A stretch of DNA of 64,000 bases from Paraspadella gotoi (lineage: Eukaryota > Animalia > Chaetognatha), in NCBI GenBank assembly GCA_051294375.1, contig CM119265.1, positions 22,196,278-22,260,277 on the forward strand, written 5' to 3'. The position numbers and the translations under genes are program-made. Positions 13,179 to 24,542 of this stretch are shown here, piece after piece. The notes under the pieces are model-generated. The model was not told where the DNA came from. It saw nothing but the letters and a program-made list of their open reading frames with translations, and ran no database searches. The number at the start of each line of letters is the position of its first letter. Position 1 is the first letter of the stretch.

Positions 13179-13616
13179 AGATGAATGCTATGCCCTCCGT
13201 TTATATTAATAATACGTAGTTGTATTTGAAAAAAGTTATAGTCTTTTACTACGTAAAAAATTTTAATTTTAAAGTCGAAAAGGAATCTTCTGTTATATTT
13301 TTCTTTTAAAAACTGTAACTGTGCTATTTGTGGCTTCATGCCATAGTTATCGACAATATACGTTGGCTTATTGCAATGCATCAATTATTTATAAATGATC
13401 AGTAAATTTATTGTTTTTTTTATACACGATTGACCTGAAACCGTTTACAAAATCACTAAATGAGGAACTTTTCGAATTACGCAGTTAACACGCTATTCGG
13501 TCGCAACAGATCCTAAATTTGAGTCGACTACCTCGCATCCCTTATTCGACCACTTTTATCGTGCCATAACTTCAATCCCGACCTTTAATCATTTCTCCCT
13601 CACATGGTGAGACTGA

Positions 13617-13672
13617 AATATTAAGAAATATTAAGAAATATTAAGAAATATTAAGAAATATTAAGAAATATT
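13617..13672. repeat. 10-bp tandem repeat (AATATTAAGA)n
   Basis: About five consecutive copies. Confidence 0.85.
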
Positions 13673-14423
13673 TTTTATTTTTTTTAAATGGACTTTATTG
13701 CAACAACCTTGATACACATAAGCCATAAACTATTAATCTTACATACATCTACATCATATTTACATACATCTTTTTATTTTTTGGTTACAAATAATAAATA
13801 AACAAATAATAAATTATACAACCGCACTTGTTCCCCTCCGAAACATTTCTTTACAATTAGATGCTAATAAGCGAGTTTGCCGCTAAAACAGAGAAATTTT
13901 AGGGTGACGAAGCAAACAGCGACCATTGAAGTATGTCTTTAATCTTTCTCATTATCCTTTAATTTCTAAAGAAATTTAATAGTCTGGATCAATAAAACTA
14001 AAAGCGACAGAACACAGCCCGACAAGAATCAATGCCACGGGTGAATCTTAGCTGTTCTAAAGGCTCTTAGATTGGATTTGATAATCGACGCTAATTTCTT
14101 TATTACTCTTAAAGATTTGTGCTTCATACCGGCGTCGCTTTATTTTTTTTTGTATTTCGATGCAATCTTGACGTCATCGTAGCAGTTAAAGTCGTCGACG
14201 TTGTCCTCTTCTTCCCGGCGATTTTAGCCGGGGTTTAATGAAGACGCGACGCAGGCAGCAGCTGAACGCGCCCGCGCGCAGGCTTCCGGTGGCGCGTGCT
14301 GCCCGGGAAACAGACGCCGCAGACGCCAACGACCGCCGGGCAGCAGCTGTTGGGCCGTAGTCGCCGGTTATGTTGCAGGAAGAAAGAGAAAGAGAGAGAG
14401 AGAGAAAGAGGGAGAGAGAGAGA

Positions 14424-14478
<55 letters not shown>

Positions 14479-15179
14479 GGAGAGAGAAAGAGAGAAAGAG
14501 AGCCGTATAATTGTCAGCGACCCTTTCGACCAAGTGTTAGAGGGAACACGTCTACACTAGAAAGTGAAAAGAAAACGTTGAGAAACACCTTGAGAAACCG
14601 CGGGAAGCTGAGGCGTGACTAGCGCACCAATCGGGAGTACAGAGTCAAAGTGGCGATAATACCGTTTAAATGTTCATGTGCAACCGATATTATATAGACA
14701 ACAAAAAGCTCCTTGAATAGATGAATGCAAAATAAAGATTTAAATGTTGAATACTAAGAATAAAAAAAACAAGTTTGAGCAAACAATGCCGGATCTGCCC
14801 ACAATAATTAGCGATAATTAATTAATTCGTTAATACAAGTTAATTAATGAATTAGTCAATAAATCAATTCATTAATTTGATCCAACATGTTTGGTTTTAG
14901 GTCTTTTCGTCACTGACCACGATAAAAGCAACAACGATGATGGCGACGATGATAATGTTGCCGATAATGATTAATTGATTGACTTGATTGATTGATTGAA
15001 TAAACAATTAATTGATAAATAAATTGATTGATGGAGTAATTAGTTAATAAAAAAATTAATTTATTGAATGAATAATTAATTGATTGATTAATTGACTAAT
15101 TGATTAATTATTTGATTAATTAATACATCTTGCATTTATATTTTATATAAAAAGAAAAAGAAGCATAATCAATTAGTGA

Positions 15180-15510
15180 AACAGGTGTTTTGTTTTTTTC
15201 CATTTAAGCTCATTTCCACTTAAACGATTCCATCGTAACTTGATTTCCAGCTTAATCACATAACTTCTTACCCACATACAAAATTTCAAGTCAATCGACC
15301 CATATATTCATGAGTAGTTGGCGTTCATAGCTAATGGGGAACGGTCGGACAGACGGATGGACGGACATCTTTTTTTTCGCATAGTTTATCATAATTCGAT
15401 GTTCTGAAAGTGTTCTGAAAGTTCTAAGTGTCATACCGACAAGCTTTTGGGGTGGGACCGACGGACCGACAAAGTGAATTATAGAGCCGGCTAAGGAGAT
15501 CCGGCTAAAG
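15180..15510 (+). mobile_element. Putative Helentron-associated (DINE-1/HINE-like) non-autonomous element
   Basis: aaatttcaagtcaatcg core, cggacagacggatggacggac microsatellite, and terminal stem-loop agccgg..ccggct near 15485-15506. Confidence 0.4.
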
Positions 15511-17796
15511 ACGGGTTAGAAAGGTTATCGTGCCTTAATTAAGAATAAACTATTAGAGTTGCTCATTGCGATTTGTTTTACAATTAACTTATATCTTTAT
15601 ATACGTGTTCATGTTTCATGAAAATCATATTATATCTCAACATTCATCAGTTTATTTTTGATTTTATCTTAATTTTATTAAAATTTAAATAAAAAGAAAA
15701 AGAAAAGGGGCTATTACATTCCAGGCCCCGCGTCAGCGGCCTTGAGTCTATTCCGAGTTTCTTCAGTCTGGTTCTACCAACAATATCGTGCGTTCCGACC
15801 TCTCTCATTAGTCTGGGTCCCTTCAGTCTGGTTTTTCCCCCTCTCGTTTTTTCCACGTCGCTTGTATCAGATTACGGTTTTGTCGCAGAGGAAAAAAGTA
15901 TTCTCAGTATTCTCTCTCTCTCTCTCTCTCTTTCTCTTTCCGTTCAAAAATCTATGCATTATTCTTTTTTACATTTTTTTCTCTTCATCAAATGTTTCAA
16001 AAGAATGGACTTATCGCTGTTGTTCCGAACAAATGGTACCTTTCTCCCTTCTCCGCACACATAATCTATTCTCGAAGAAAAGCACTAAAGAATACAGACC
16101 GTTGAAAACGGACGAAAAAAAAAAGACCTATAGCATAGGGAAAAAGCGATCTCTTTTAAGTTTTATTTTTTTCTATCTTCCCCTTTTTATTCTCAAAGAT
16201 CTTTTCAGACGCGGGCGCGGCAGGAGAGGACCGCTGCCCCTGCGGCGCTTTCTCGGCAGCCAAACGCTGTCTATACCAGCCATCGTTCGCCGCGTCTACT
16301 ACCGCTTTTCGCTGCAGCCCCTGCCGCCGCATCTCAGGGAGAAGGGTCCGTGTCTTTCCAGGGTCGTTCTGACCTCTTTCTCCGCGTTCGCGTTGCGCTT
16401 AGAAAAGAGGAACGAAGGAGAATGAAAGGGTCGTCATCCGCGGGAGGAAGAGGAGGAAAGGGAGAAAGAGGAAGGACTGCTGGTTGCCGCGGCTCCGCAG
16501 CCATTTCTCATTCGCGATGACCGCGTAGAAGATGAGAGCTCTAAACGATTTTTGTGGGAGAAGGATGAGGACGAAGAGGAAGAGGAACGAATATCGGTAG
16601 TTAACGGTTAAAGGTCTAATTTCATAAATTTTTTTTTCTCTTTTTATTTATAACTTTAAGTCTCGGCTGCAGCAGATATTAAATGAAACACTCTGGTTCG
16701 GTAAATCTAAAATAAAAATAATGAAATAAAAGTTAGGGTTTTTTAAAAATTAAGTAAGCTAAGCATTATGAAATATATTAATTTTTTGACAATGAAAAAT
16801 GAATGTCGTGAGAAGCTTTGACGGCATAATTTAATAATATACCATAACAGTTGTTAACTCTTATGATAAAATATTTCATATGGAGTTAAAAATGCTACTT
16901 AGTATTAGTTTATGGGTTGGAGAAGCTTACTAAGTATGTAGTTTTTAAAGCATAGGTTAGGTTGACCTAAAAGTAAACTGTCAGGAGTAAAAAAAAAAGA
17001 CAGAACCAAAATGAATCGAAAACTCCCATAAAGCATTCTAAATCGCTAGACAAAAGAAAGGTGTTAAAAAATTGCTGGCCAGCAAACAAAAAAAAATTTA
17101 AAAAATCAAGTAAAAAGGTTTTTAGCAAAATATATTAATGTTGATAAAACAAATACAGGCTTTTATAGGGTAGCAATATTTTGTAAGTTTCCTGTGCTTA
17201 AAAAAATTAAACTTAAACCCACTGATAAGCGATAATTCAAAATCCCTAAATAAAATTTTGAATAATGAAAAAATAAATAAAAGTATTCAACGACCTTCTG
17301 TATAAAAAAGCTGGATTACTTCGGCTGGAAGCTTTGCCGCTGAAGATGCCGCTGACGCCGCTGACGATGTTGCCGCGAGCAGTCGGCTGCGGCTGCCGCT
17401 TTCCCTAGGTCCGGTCTCCTCGGCTTTGTGCTTTCTTTGACGACGACGCCGAGGACGACGTTGACGTTGACAACCAGCTAGGACAATGAGGTTAACTCCT
17501 TTTCCTTGAAGAAGAAAAAAGAAAATATCTACTTTTCACTTATGCTATATAAGTACATGTTTAATCCAGATTTTACTCTTTCACTCTCCCTAGTTAACTC
17601 TTTTAGTTTTAAAGTATTTTGTATAAAACTCGGCGTTTTTAATTCCTAAATGCACTCTATTGTTGAAACCTTGTAGCAATTTTGAAAGTAACTTTACCAT
17701 TATTAAACAGTCTCTCGAGGACATAAAGTACATCCCTGTATCTTCCATTGTATCGGGTCTACGCAGAGCAGACACCGCATCGAAACCGAGTCATTT

Positions 17797-17851
<55 letters not shown>

Positions 17852-20474
17852 TCGTTCTTTCTGCCTTCCCTTCCTCATCCATGTCTTCTTCCTCCTCTTT
17901 GGGTCGCGCCGAACTAAGAAGTGACGAAAAATTGCGGGTTTAAGTAAATGACATACGGAAATTTGAATAGAAGAAAAGATGAGCGCCGAGGCGGTGTCAG
18001 CTGTACCCTCCACCATGGTGAGGACGAGAACGATGTAGACGACGACGAGGATTACATAGAAAGTCATAGAAACGAATCGAAGCAGAAATAAGGCCCCTGA
18101 TTGTAATAGGCTGCAATTTTTATTCAAAAAATTTTAGGAGATAAGAATCGAGTATAACATAAGTATGACAGCATTTTTTAAAATCTTAACCATGCCTTTA
18201 TTTCACGACTTAATATTTAATTTACTTCTTATTGTTCCATAGCTTGTAATGAAGTAATGGAGTTTAAGACTAAAGACAAAATAAAAACAAAACTAAAAAA
18301 AGATTGTTTTATTATGGTTTAAAGTGCATTCTGGCACTTCAATTTCAACAATACTAGCTCATGCAGTTTCCATTTCCATTTTATATTTTTGTACAGTTCA
18401 CTTCACTTCACTTCCGTTAGTTTGTCCGTTATAAATTTTGTATTAATGTAGTTCCTCCTATACCCCATTTCGCAATCTGAGTATTTTCTCCTTTTTTTTC
18501 TCCAGACTAGACTGTCTGCAATCGAGTCCACCTTTACTCTCTGTCCCTCCTCGTCTTCCTCCTCCGCCGTAACCTCCTCTTCTTCGCCTCATATCTTTAC
18601 ACGGAAAGTCTCCTCTCAAAAATCTGTCCGGTCTCGTCCTCTCGTCGTCGACCTCCCTTTTTCGCCTCCTCTTCATCCTCCTCTTCCTCCTCGACGTCTC
18701 GCCAGACTCCCTTGCTTTTATTATGTGTCAAATTCAGTCGCTGTCTCTCTCTCTCTATCTCTCCCTTTAAACTCTGTCTGTCTTTCTTTCAGTCCATATT
18801 ATGGCTATCCCATTTCTTTAAAAATGTTCATTTTAATCAAATGCACTCCGGCATTGCCTCCAAATATACACCAAAAGAAAACTTTACGATTTTTTTCGGA
18901 TCGATTCGTGCGTTTCTCTTCGGTTATGCGTCTTTGACTCAAACACTTCCTCGATGTACTGCATGCCACGACAGACTAAGTCCGATCCTATTAGGAGAGA
19001 AAAAAATCGATTGCGTCACTTTATGCATTTTTGGGTCTCTTTGTAAACTTCGGTTTTGAGTATTGTTCCTATCTAGGATGTAGTGTAAATTTATTCTCCC
19101 CGTTATCTCGTGGAATTCACGGTTTGTAAGATAAATTGAAAATCTAACCAAGAAGTCGTTTTTTAAAACTTTTTGTTAAGAAATATGAATAAGTCAATTT
19201 TTCGTTATTCAAATATTTAGTTGTTTTTTTTGTTATTAATAAATACATTTGGTTTATATTTATTTTTAATAATAATATCATTAACGCAATAGACCTTTCA
19301 AACCATTCATACATAACAATTATTGCTTGTAATTGTCAAATACGAAACGAGTGATTTAAGGAGAGAAATATAATTTTTATATTGGTTGTACCAATTTCAT
19401 AGAAACAAAAACAGACAAAGCAACATCATTATTAGAAAAAGATGTGGGTAGAGTGGAGACTGGAAAGTTTAAATTAAATAAATCAAAGCTGATGATTGAT
19501 CTGTAGTGGTAGCTGTTATTTTAAATTATTGTTTACAGATTGGCAAATTGATCATAAAGGTTCATTAATTTTAAGACAATAGGCTTAAAACCATAATGGC
19601 TTAGTTTCACGCTTTTACTTTTACTTTTACTTTTATTTTTAAATACTTGATAAATTCAGTTAGAAACTATTAAAATTACTTTTTAAAAAACAAGCGTTCT
19701 AAGAGTAAATATATCTATCAACAAACTCGATTTCGAATAGTACATTAAGATAATATGAAATAGTTGAATACAATTATGTACCTGTTAAGATTCAACTTTA
19801 GCCCTAAAGAACCAAGTATCCCTTCCTAGTTTTTATATCTACGATGCTTTTTAATTTTATTTTATGGATTCATATTACGTTTATCTATTATCATTTAGTG
19901 TTTAATTTTATATTTAGATAATTTATTCCATATAATATAGTGGCTACAATCATAAATTTATATAAAAAAAAACTTGCAATTCTTATCAACTCTTGCACAG
20001 TACGTCATTTTTTTTTCGCTTGACCCTTTGGAAATTTTCGGCCTTTGTCGGACTTGAGCCATCCCTTCACTTTTTTCATCGCAGATTTTGTTTTTTAAAT
20101 TCCTTAATTCTCTCTTTCCCTCTCTCTTTCGTAATCCCAGAGGATCCCGAGAAAGATTTTTCTGTTTTTCATCCATCCTCTTTCTCTCCTTCACTCGTTC
20201 CCACCAGAACCCCCTTTACTTCTTTTTTATCATCTTGCATAAAGTTCGTTCCTCTTTCGTTTTGCCTTTTTCTGTCACACGTTGAAATCGCTTCCATGAA
20301 AAAAAGTAACGCAAATTTTTTTTCTTTCAAACTGCGGAGATATTTAGAGTGAATAGTTGTATTTAAGGATTGTGTTAATAAGGTGTTTAATCAGACTGCG
20401 AACATTTGTTAAACTTAACGTCTTTTGTTTGGTTGTAAACATGCTTGCTTGCGTTTTTTCCCGTTTTTTGTTTC

Positions 20475-20517
<43 letters not shown>

Positions 20518-22139
20518 TATTTTTTCTTTTTTTCTGCTTTCTTTCTTTTTCATTTCTTTCTTTCAATCTTTCATTTTTGGTTACTTTCTATCATTATTAC
20601 TAATTTCTTTATTTGTTAGTATCTTCATTTTTTTTAAGGTAAGGAAAAAAATTAAAAAAGGTAATTTTTAATGACAATAATAAATTATACTATTATCGTA
20701 TTCATTTGAATTTTAAAAGGATACATTCATTTCTATTAAATGTAGTCAAGTTTTAAAGCATTTAATAAATATGAAAAATTTTAAAATGTAATTTCAAGTT
20801 TTGTAATCTTTTATCAGTTGAACGATTAGTATTATACAAATATTTCTATTAGAATTTTTAAAAAATTTATAAGGTCTGAATTAGAATTTTTAACGACGAT
20901 TTTAAAATACAAATTTTACAAGAGAAAATATTATGTTGAGATGAAAAAGAGTTCATTAGAAATTTAAAAGTTTAATAATATTTATCAATATGGTGGGAGA
21001 AACGCCTAACGATATTTTGTTCTGGCAAGCGGTCGATGACCTCGTAATTATTACATGACATTCACTTGTGCGTAATCGTTGTATCACAAATTATTTACTG
21101 ACTTATCAGGATCATAGTTTAAGATTAATGTTTTCGAATTCCCACAACCCAAATGTCCCTTCCTCTTCAGGTATTTTTCGGTTGTTATTTTTCGAAGTTG
21201 TTAGTTCCGCCTATAATTTCCCCATCGTCTTTCTTAGAAAATTGAAATGCAGTCAATCTTTCGTGTCTCGTTTACTTTGACTGGGATATTTGACTGAATC
21301 GTAGACTATGTATCAAATCGGTTATGACGCCAACCAATAAAAAAACCAACACTTCGTCGTAAATATTTTTAATCATAAAATAAGATTTGACAAACTCCTG
21401 TCTCCTTGTCTTTCAAACGCTTGTTGTATTCCCAGTGTAAGAAGTTCTATCATTCATATAATCTTGTTACATGCTCCATAACACGAGAAGTGTACAGGTA
21501 ACCGTCGGCCCCTCGAATTGTCATTACTGGAAACGAAAAATGGAATCCTTTTTGTTGTCTGGCTTAAAATAACGAAACTTGTCCTCGTCCCCAAGTTCAA
21601 CGTATCATGTCCTTCGTCTCTCTCCCACCTTTATTACTTTCTTACATTCTGCTTCTCTACTTCTGCCTCCTCTTCCTCTTGATCCTCAGCGATAACAACA
21701 TTCGAATTTACCCTGCGCTTTTTCAAAGTTCAAACTCGGGCTTAACCTAATTACATATTTTTCAGTACTTTCGCGATTTTTTTTATGTTCGTTGTGCTTA
21801 CTAACATCAGAAATTTAAATTTGTTTCAAAAATAGTCTTATTTCGCAGCTCCTATTAAGCCGAAATTAGCAAACAATAAAAACTAAAAACCCGACGTCGA
21901 TAATGTGATCAAAAAATTTCCAGACAAAAAAAAGAACAATAAGTGTACAAAACAAAGACACCTTTCTTTTAATGTCTCTCTAACGCTGCCCAAATGTGAT
22001 AGAAATCTTCATAACAAAATAAAACAAAGACGATCACTGCATCTCAAAATTCAGAAAAAAACAAAAAAACAAAAAAACAAAAAAACAAAAAAACAACTCG
22101 AATGAAAAGGATTAGAAGCTGGCTTTGCTCGTGAACGCG

Positions 22140-24542
22140 ATGTACCGCCCGGGCGCCGCTCTCCCCCCCGGGGTCATCTCCTTCCCCAGCCAACCACCCG
22201 CCGCCATCGCTATCGCCTCCTCCGTCGCTCCCCCACCCCCGCAGATCGTGCAGCCGGTCGTGCCGCATCCCGCCACCGCTGGGTTGCAGCAGCCGCAGCC
22301 ACCCGGAGGCGGCGGAGTCGGTGGCGCCATGCGCATGAATCGAATGCGCAAGATGTGCGGCATTTGCGGCGACAAAAGCCGCGGCTTTCACTTCGGCGGT
22401 ATAAGCTGCGACTCTTGCAAAGCCTTCTTTCGACGCTCCGTCCGCGGCAACATCTTCCCTGACTACCATTGTAGCTTCGGGGGCCACTGCAGTATCACCG
22501 TCAGCAACCGCAAGATGTGTCAGTTCTGCAGATTTCAAAAGTGCCTTGAGATCGGCATGGAGATGCAATGGGTTCTCAATGACTACGAGGTGGCCAAGGA
22601 GCGCCAGGCAAAGCGGAAAAGCGTGCTCGAGCTCCCCGAGTACGACAGAAACTCGAACGTGAGTAGCGGAAGTGGCATGACGTCGGCCGGCGCCTATCTC
22701 GCTCAGGGCGAGAGCGGCGAGGGCAGCGTGTCGTCGCCGCAGAGCCCGGCCTCTGAGCAGAACTATGAAGCATCAGCCCCGCGCCATCAATCGGCATCTC
22801 CCACCGTCGGCGTATCAGTCGACGTAGCCTCGAGCCTCGTCGCCGTCTGCCCGGGTCGCCAGGGTCATCTCTCTTCAAGCTCATCGATCGACAACGGGAG
22901 GGGCGCCGGTCTCGAATCCGACGCCGCCAGCGAAGCCAGCGCCGGGAGTCCTCCCGTTATCATCCCCCGCGCCTCCCCGTCACCCGATCGCCACGCCTTC
23001 CTCGATTCCCTTTCGGAAACCGACGTCAACAAGATCGAAAACCTCGTCGGCAACTATTGGCGCAGCATGGAGGAGGTGGAGGTGCCCGAGGAGCTCGTCC
23101 GCGAACTGCATCGTTCGGACGAGACGGGCGAGTCGGGAGAGTCGCCGCCGGATTGGCTCCTTCCGACGATGATCGTCGTCGACGCGAAACGCATCTCCTC
23201 CTTCGTTAAGACTCTCGATGGGTTCGTCCGCCTCAACCGGGACGACCAGATTCGCCTGTTAAAGGACGCGACTCTGGAAATGATTCTTCTGCAGAATTGC
23301 CTCCCCTCCCTTAACGAGGACGCCGATGTCAAGGGCGCCGCCTCCCCCATGGACCGAATCTGCTTCGAGATGCGCGAGAAGATCAAAGTCTACCGCGGAG
23401 AGTTCAGCGCCATGTTGCCGCTGGACTTTGCCGAGACCGATCGCCAGTTTGCGCAGTCAATGGCCGAGTTGTGTCTGGAGGACGCGACGGTAGTGTTGCT
23501 CTCGGTGATCTGTCTCTTCTCCCCCGATCGGCCAGAGTTGGAAGAAAAAGCGGAAGTGGCGCAGCGGCAGGAAGAGTTTGCGCTTCTGCTGCGGCGTCAT
23601 GTTTTCTCATACTACCCCGACGCAGCGAGACTCTACCCGCGGTTGCTGACCAAACTGGGCGACCTTCGTTCTCTGGCGGAGGAGCACTCCAAGAATACCT
23701 TGCAAGGTGGCGGCGGCGGCACGGAGGGCGGCGGAAGGCGACGCGGCTCGACGGTCGTTGGCGACGGAGGCGGAATCTCTGGCTCCTATTCTTCTTCCGG
23801 CTTCAGTTCGCACAGCAGCTCGCCAATGTCGGGAGTGACCACCTCGACCAGCGGCGCCGATTCCAGCGCAGATTCGAAGTCAGCGGTCGTAGCGCTGAAT
23901 CGATCCTCGCCGGCTCCTCAGCCCCAGACAACCTCGTCTTTTCCTTCCTACTCGCTAATCAAAACCAAGGAAGCCAGCGCCTCTTTCTCGGCGCGCCCTC
24001 CTTCGCCCGTCCCAAAGTCGCCGAGCCCTCGCGTCTCTCAGTTGGCCGCCCCCCAGACTCTGGGGCTAATTCGACCGCCGTTGGCCACGGTTCGGTTTCC
24101 GAGTGCCGTCCCAGGTCCTCCTCAGATTGTTCGCGAACCCAGCGCGGTCTTGGCTGTGTCCCCTGCCCTGCTACTCAAGCAGCAGCCTCCGCCCGTTCCG
24201 CTCCAGCAGCTGCAGGCGGTCAGGAAACCCACGACGCCGCCGGTCTCGGTGTCCGTCGCATCCCTTCCTTCGATTCAATACAGTCAGTACACGCACCAGC
24301 ACCCGCACTTGAGAAAAACTCTCTTCGGCCATTATCCGCCGGCGACGGCGACCGCGGCGTCTCGAGACGCCACGCCGCCGCCGCCCAAATTGCTGGCGCT
24401 CTCGTCGTCCTCTGGCGAGATCGTCGCCCGGGCGCCTCCACCCTTTCTTCAAATAAAGGCTACGGTGCCGTCTCAGAACCTTTCGATCTTAGCGTCGGCA
24501 ACGCCGACCAGCGTTGGGGAGGAGCGGGGGCCGCTGGAATGA
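22140..24542 (+). CDS. Nuclear receptor, NR1I/NR1J (VDR/HR96/DAF-12)-like, 800 aa, single coding exon
   Basis: C4 DBD CGICGDKSRGFHFGGISCDSCKAFFRRSV..CQFCRFQKCLEIGM. LBD motifs FVKTLDGFVRLNRDDQIRLLK, LFSPDRPEL, LYPRLLTKLGDLRSLAEEHSK. Confidence 0.92.
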   Translation: MYRPGAALPPGVISFPSQPPAAIAIASSVAPPPPQIVQPVVPHPATAGLQQPQPPGGGGVGGAMRMNRMRKMCGICGDKSRGFHFGGISCDSCKAFFRRSVRGNIFPDYHCSFGGHCSITVSNRKMCQFCRFQKCLEIGMEMQWVLNDYEVAKERQAKRKSVLELPEYDRNSNVSSGSGMTSAGAYLAQGESGEGSVSSPQSPASEQNYEASAPRHQSASPTVGVSVDVASSLVAVCPGRQGHLSSSSSIDNGRGAGLESDAASEASAGSPPVIIPRASPSPDRHAFLDSLSETDVNKIENLVGNYWRSMEEVEVPEELVRELHRSDETGESGESPPDWLLPTMIVVDAKRISSFVKTLDGFVRLNRDDQIRLLKDATLEMILLQNCLPSLNEDADVKGAASPMDRICFEMREKIKVYRGEFSAMLPLDFAETDRQFAQSMAELCLEDATVVLLSVICLFSPDRPELEEKAEVAQRQEEFALLLRRHVFSYYPDAARLYPRLLTKLGDLRSLAEEHSKNTLQGGGGGTEGGGRRRGSTVVGDGGGISGSYSSSGFSSHSSSPMSGVTTSTSGADSSADSKSAVVALNRSSPAPQPQTTSSFPSYSLIKTKEASASFSARPPSPVPKSPSPRVSQLAAPQTLGLIRPPLATVRFPSAVPGPPQIVREPSAVLAVSPALLLKQQPPPVPLQQLQAVRKPTTPPVSVSVASLPSIQYSQYTHQHPHLRKTLFGHYPPATATAASRDATPPPPKLLALSSSSGEIVARAPPPFLQIKATVPSQNLSILASATPTSVGEERGPLE

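Noticed and set aside
16800-17320. Possible NUMT (T-rich minus strand)
   Set aside because: No recognisable mitochondrial protein, tRNA or rRNA motif.
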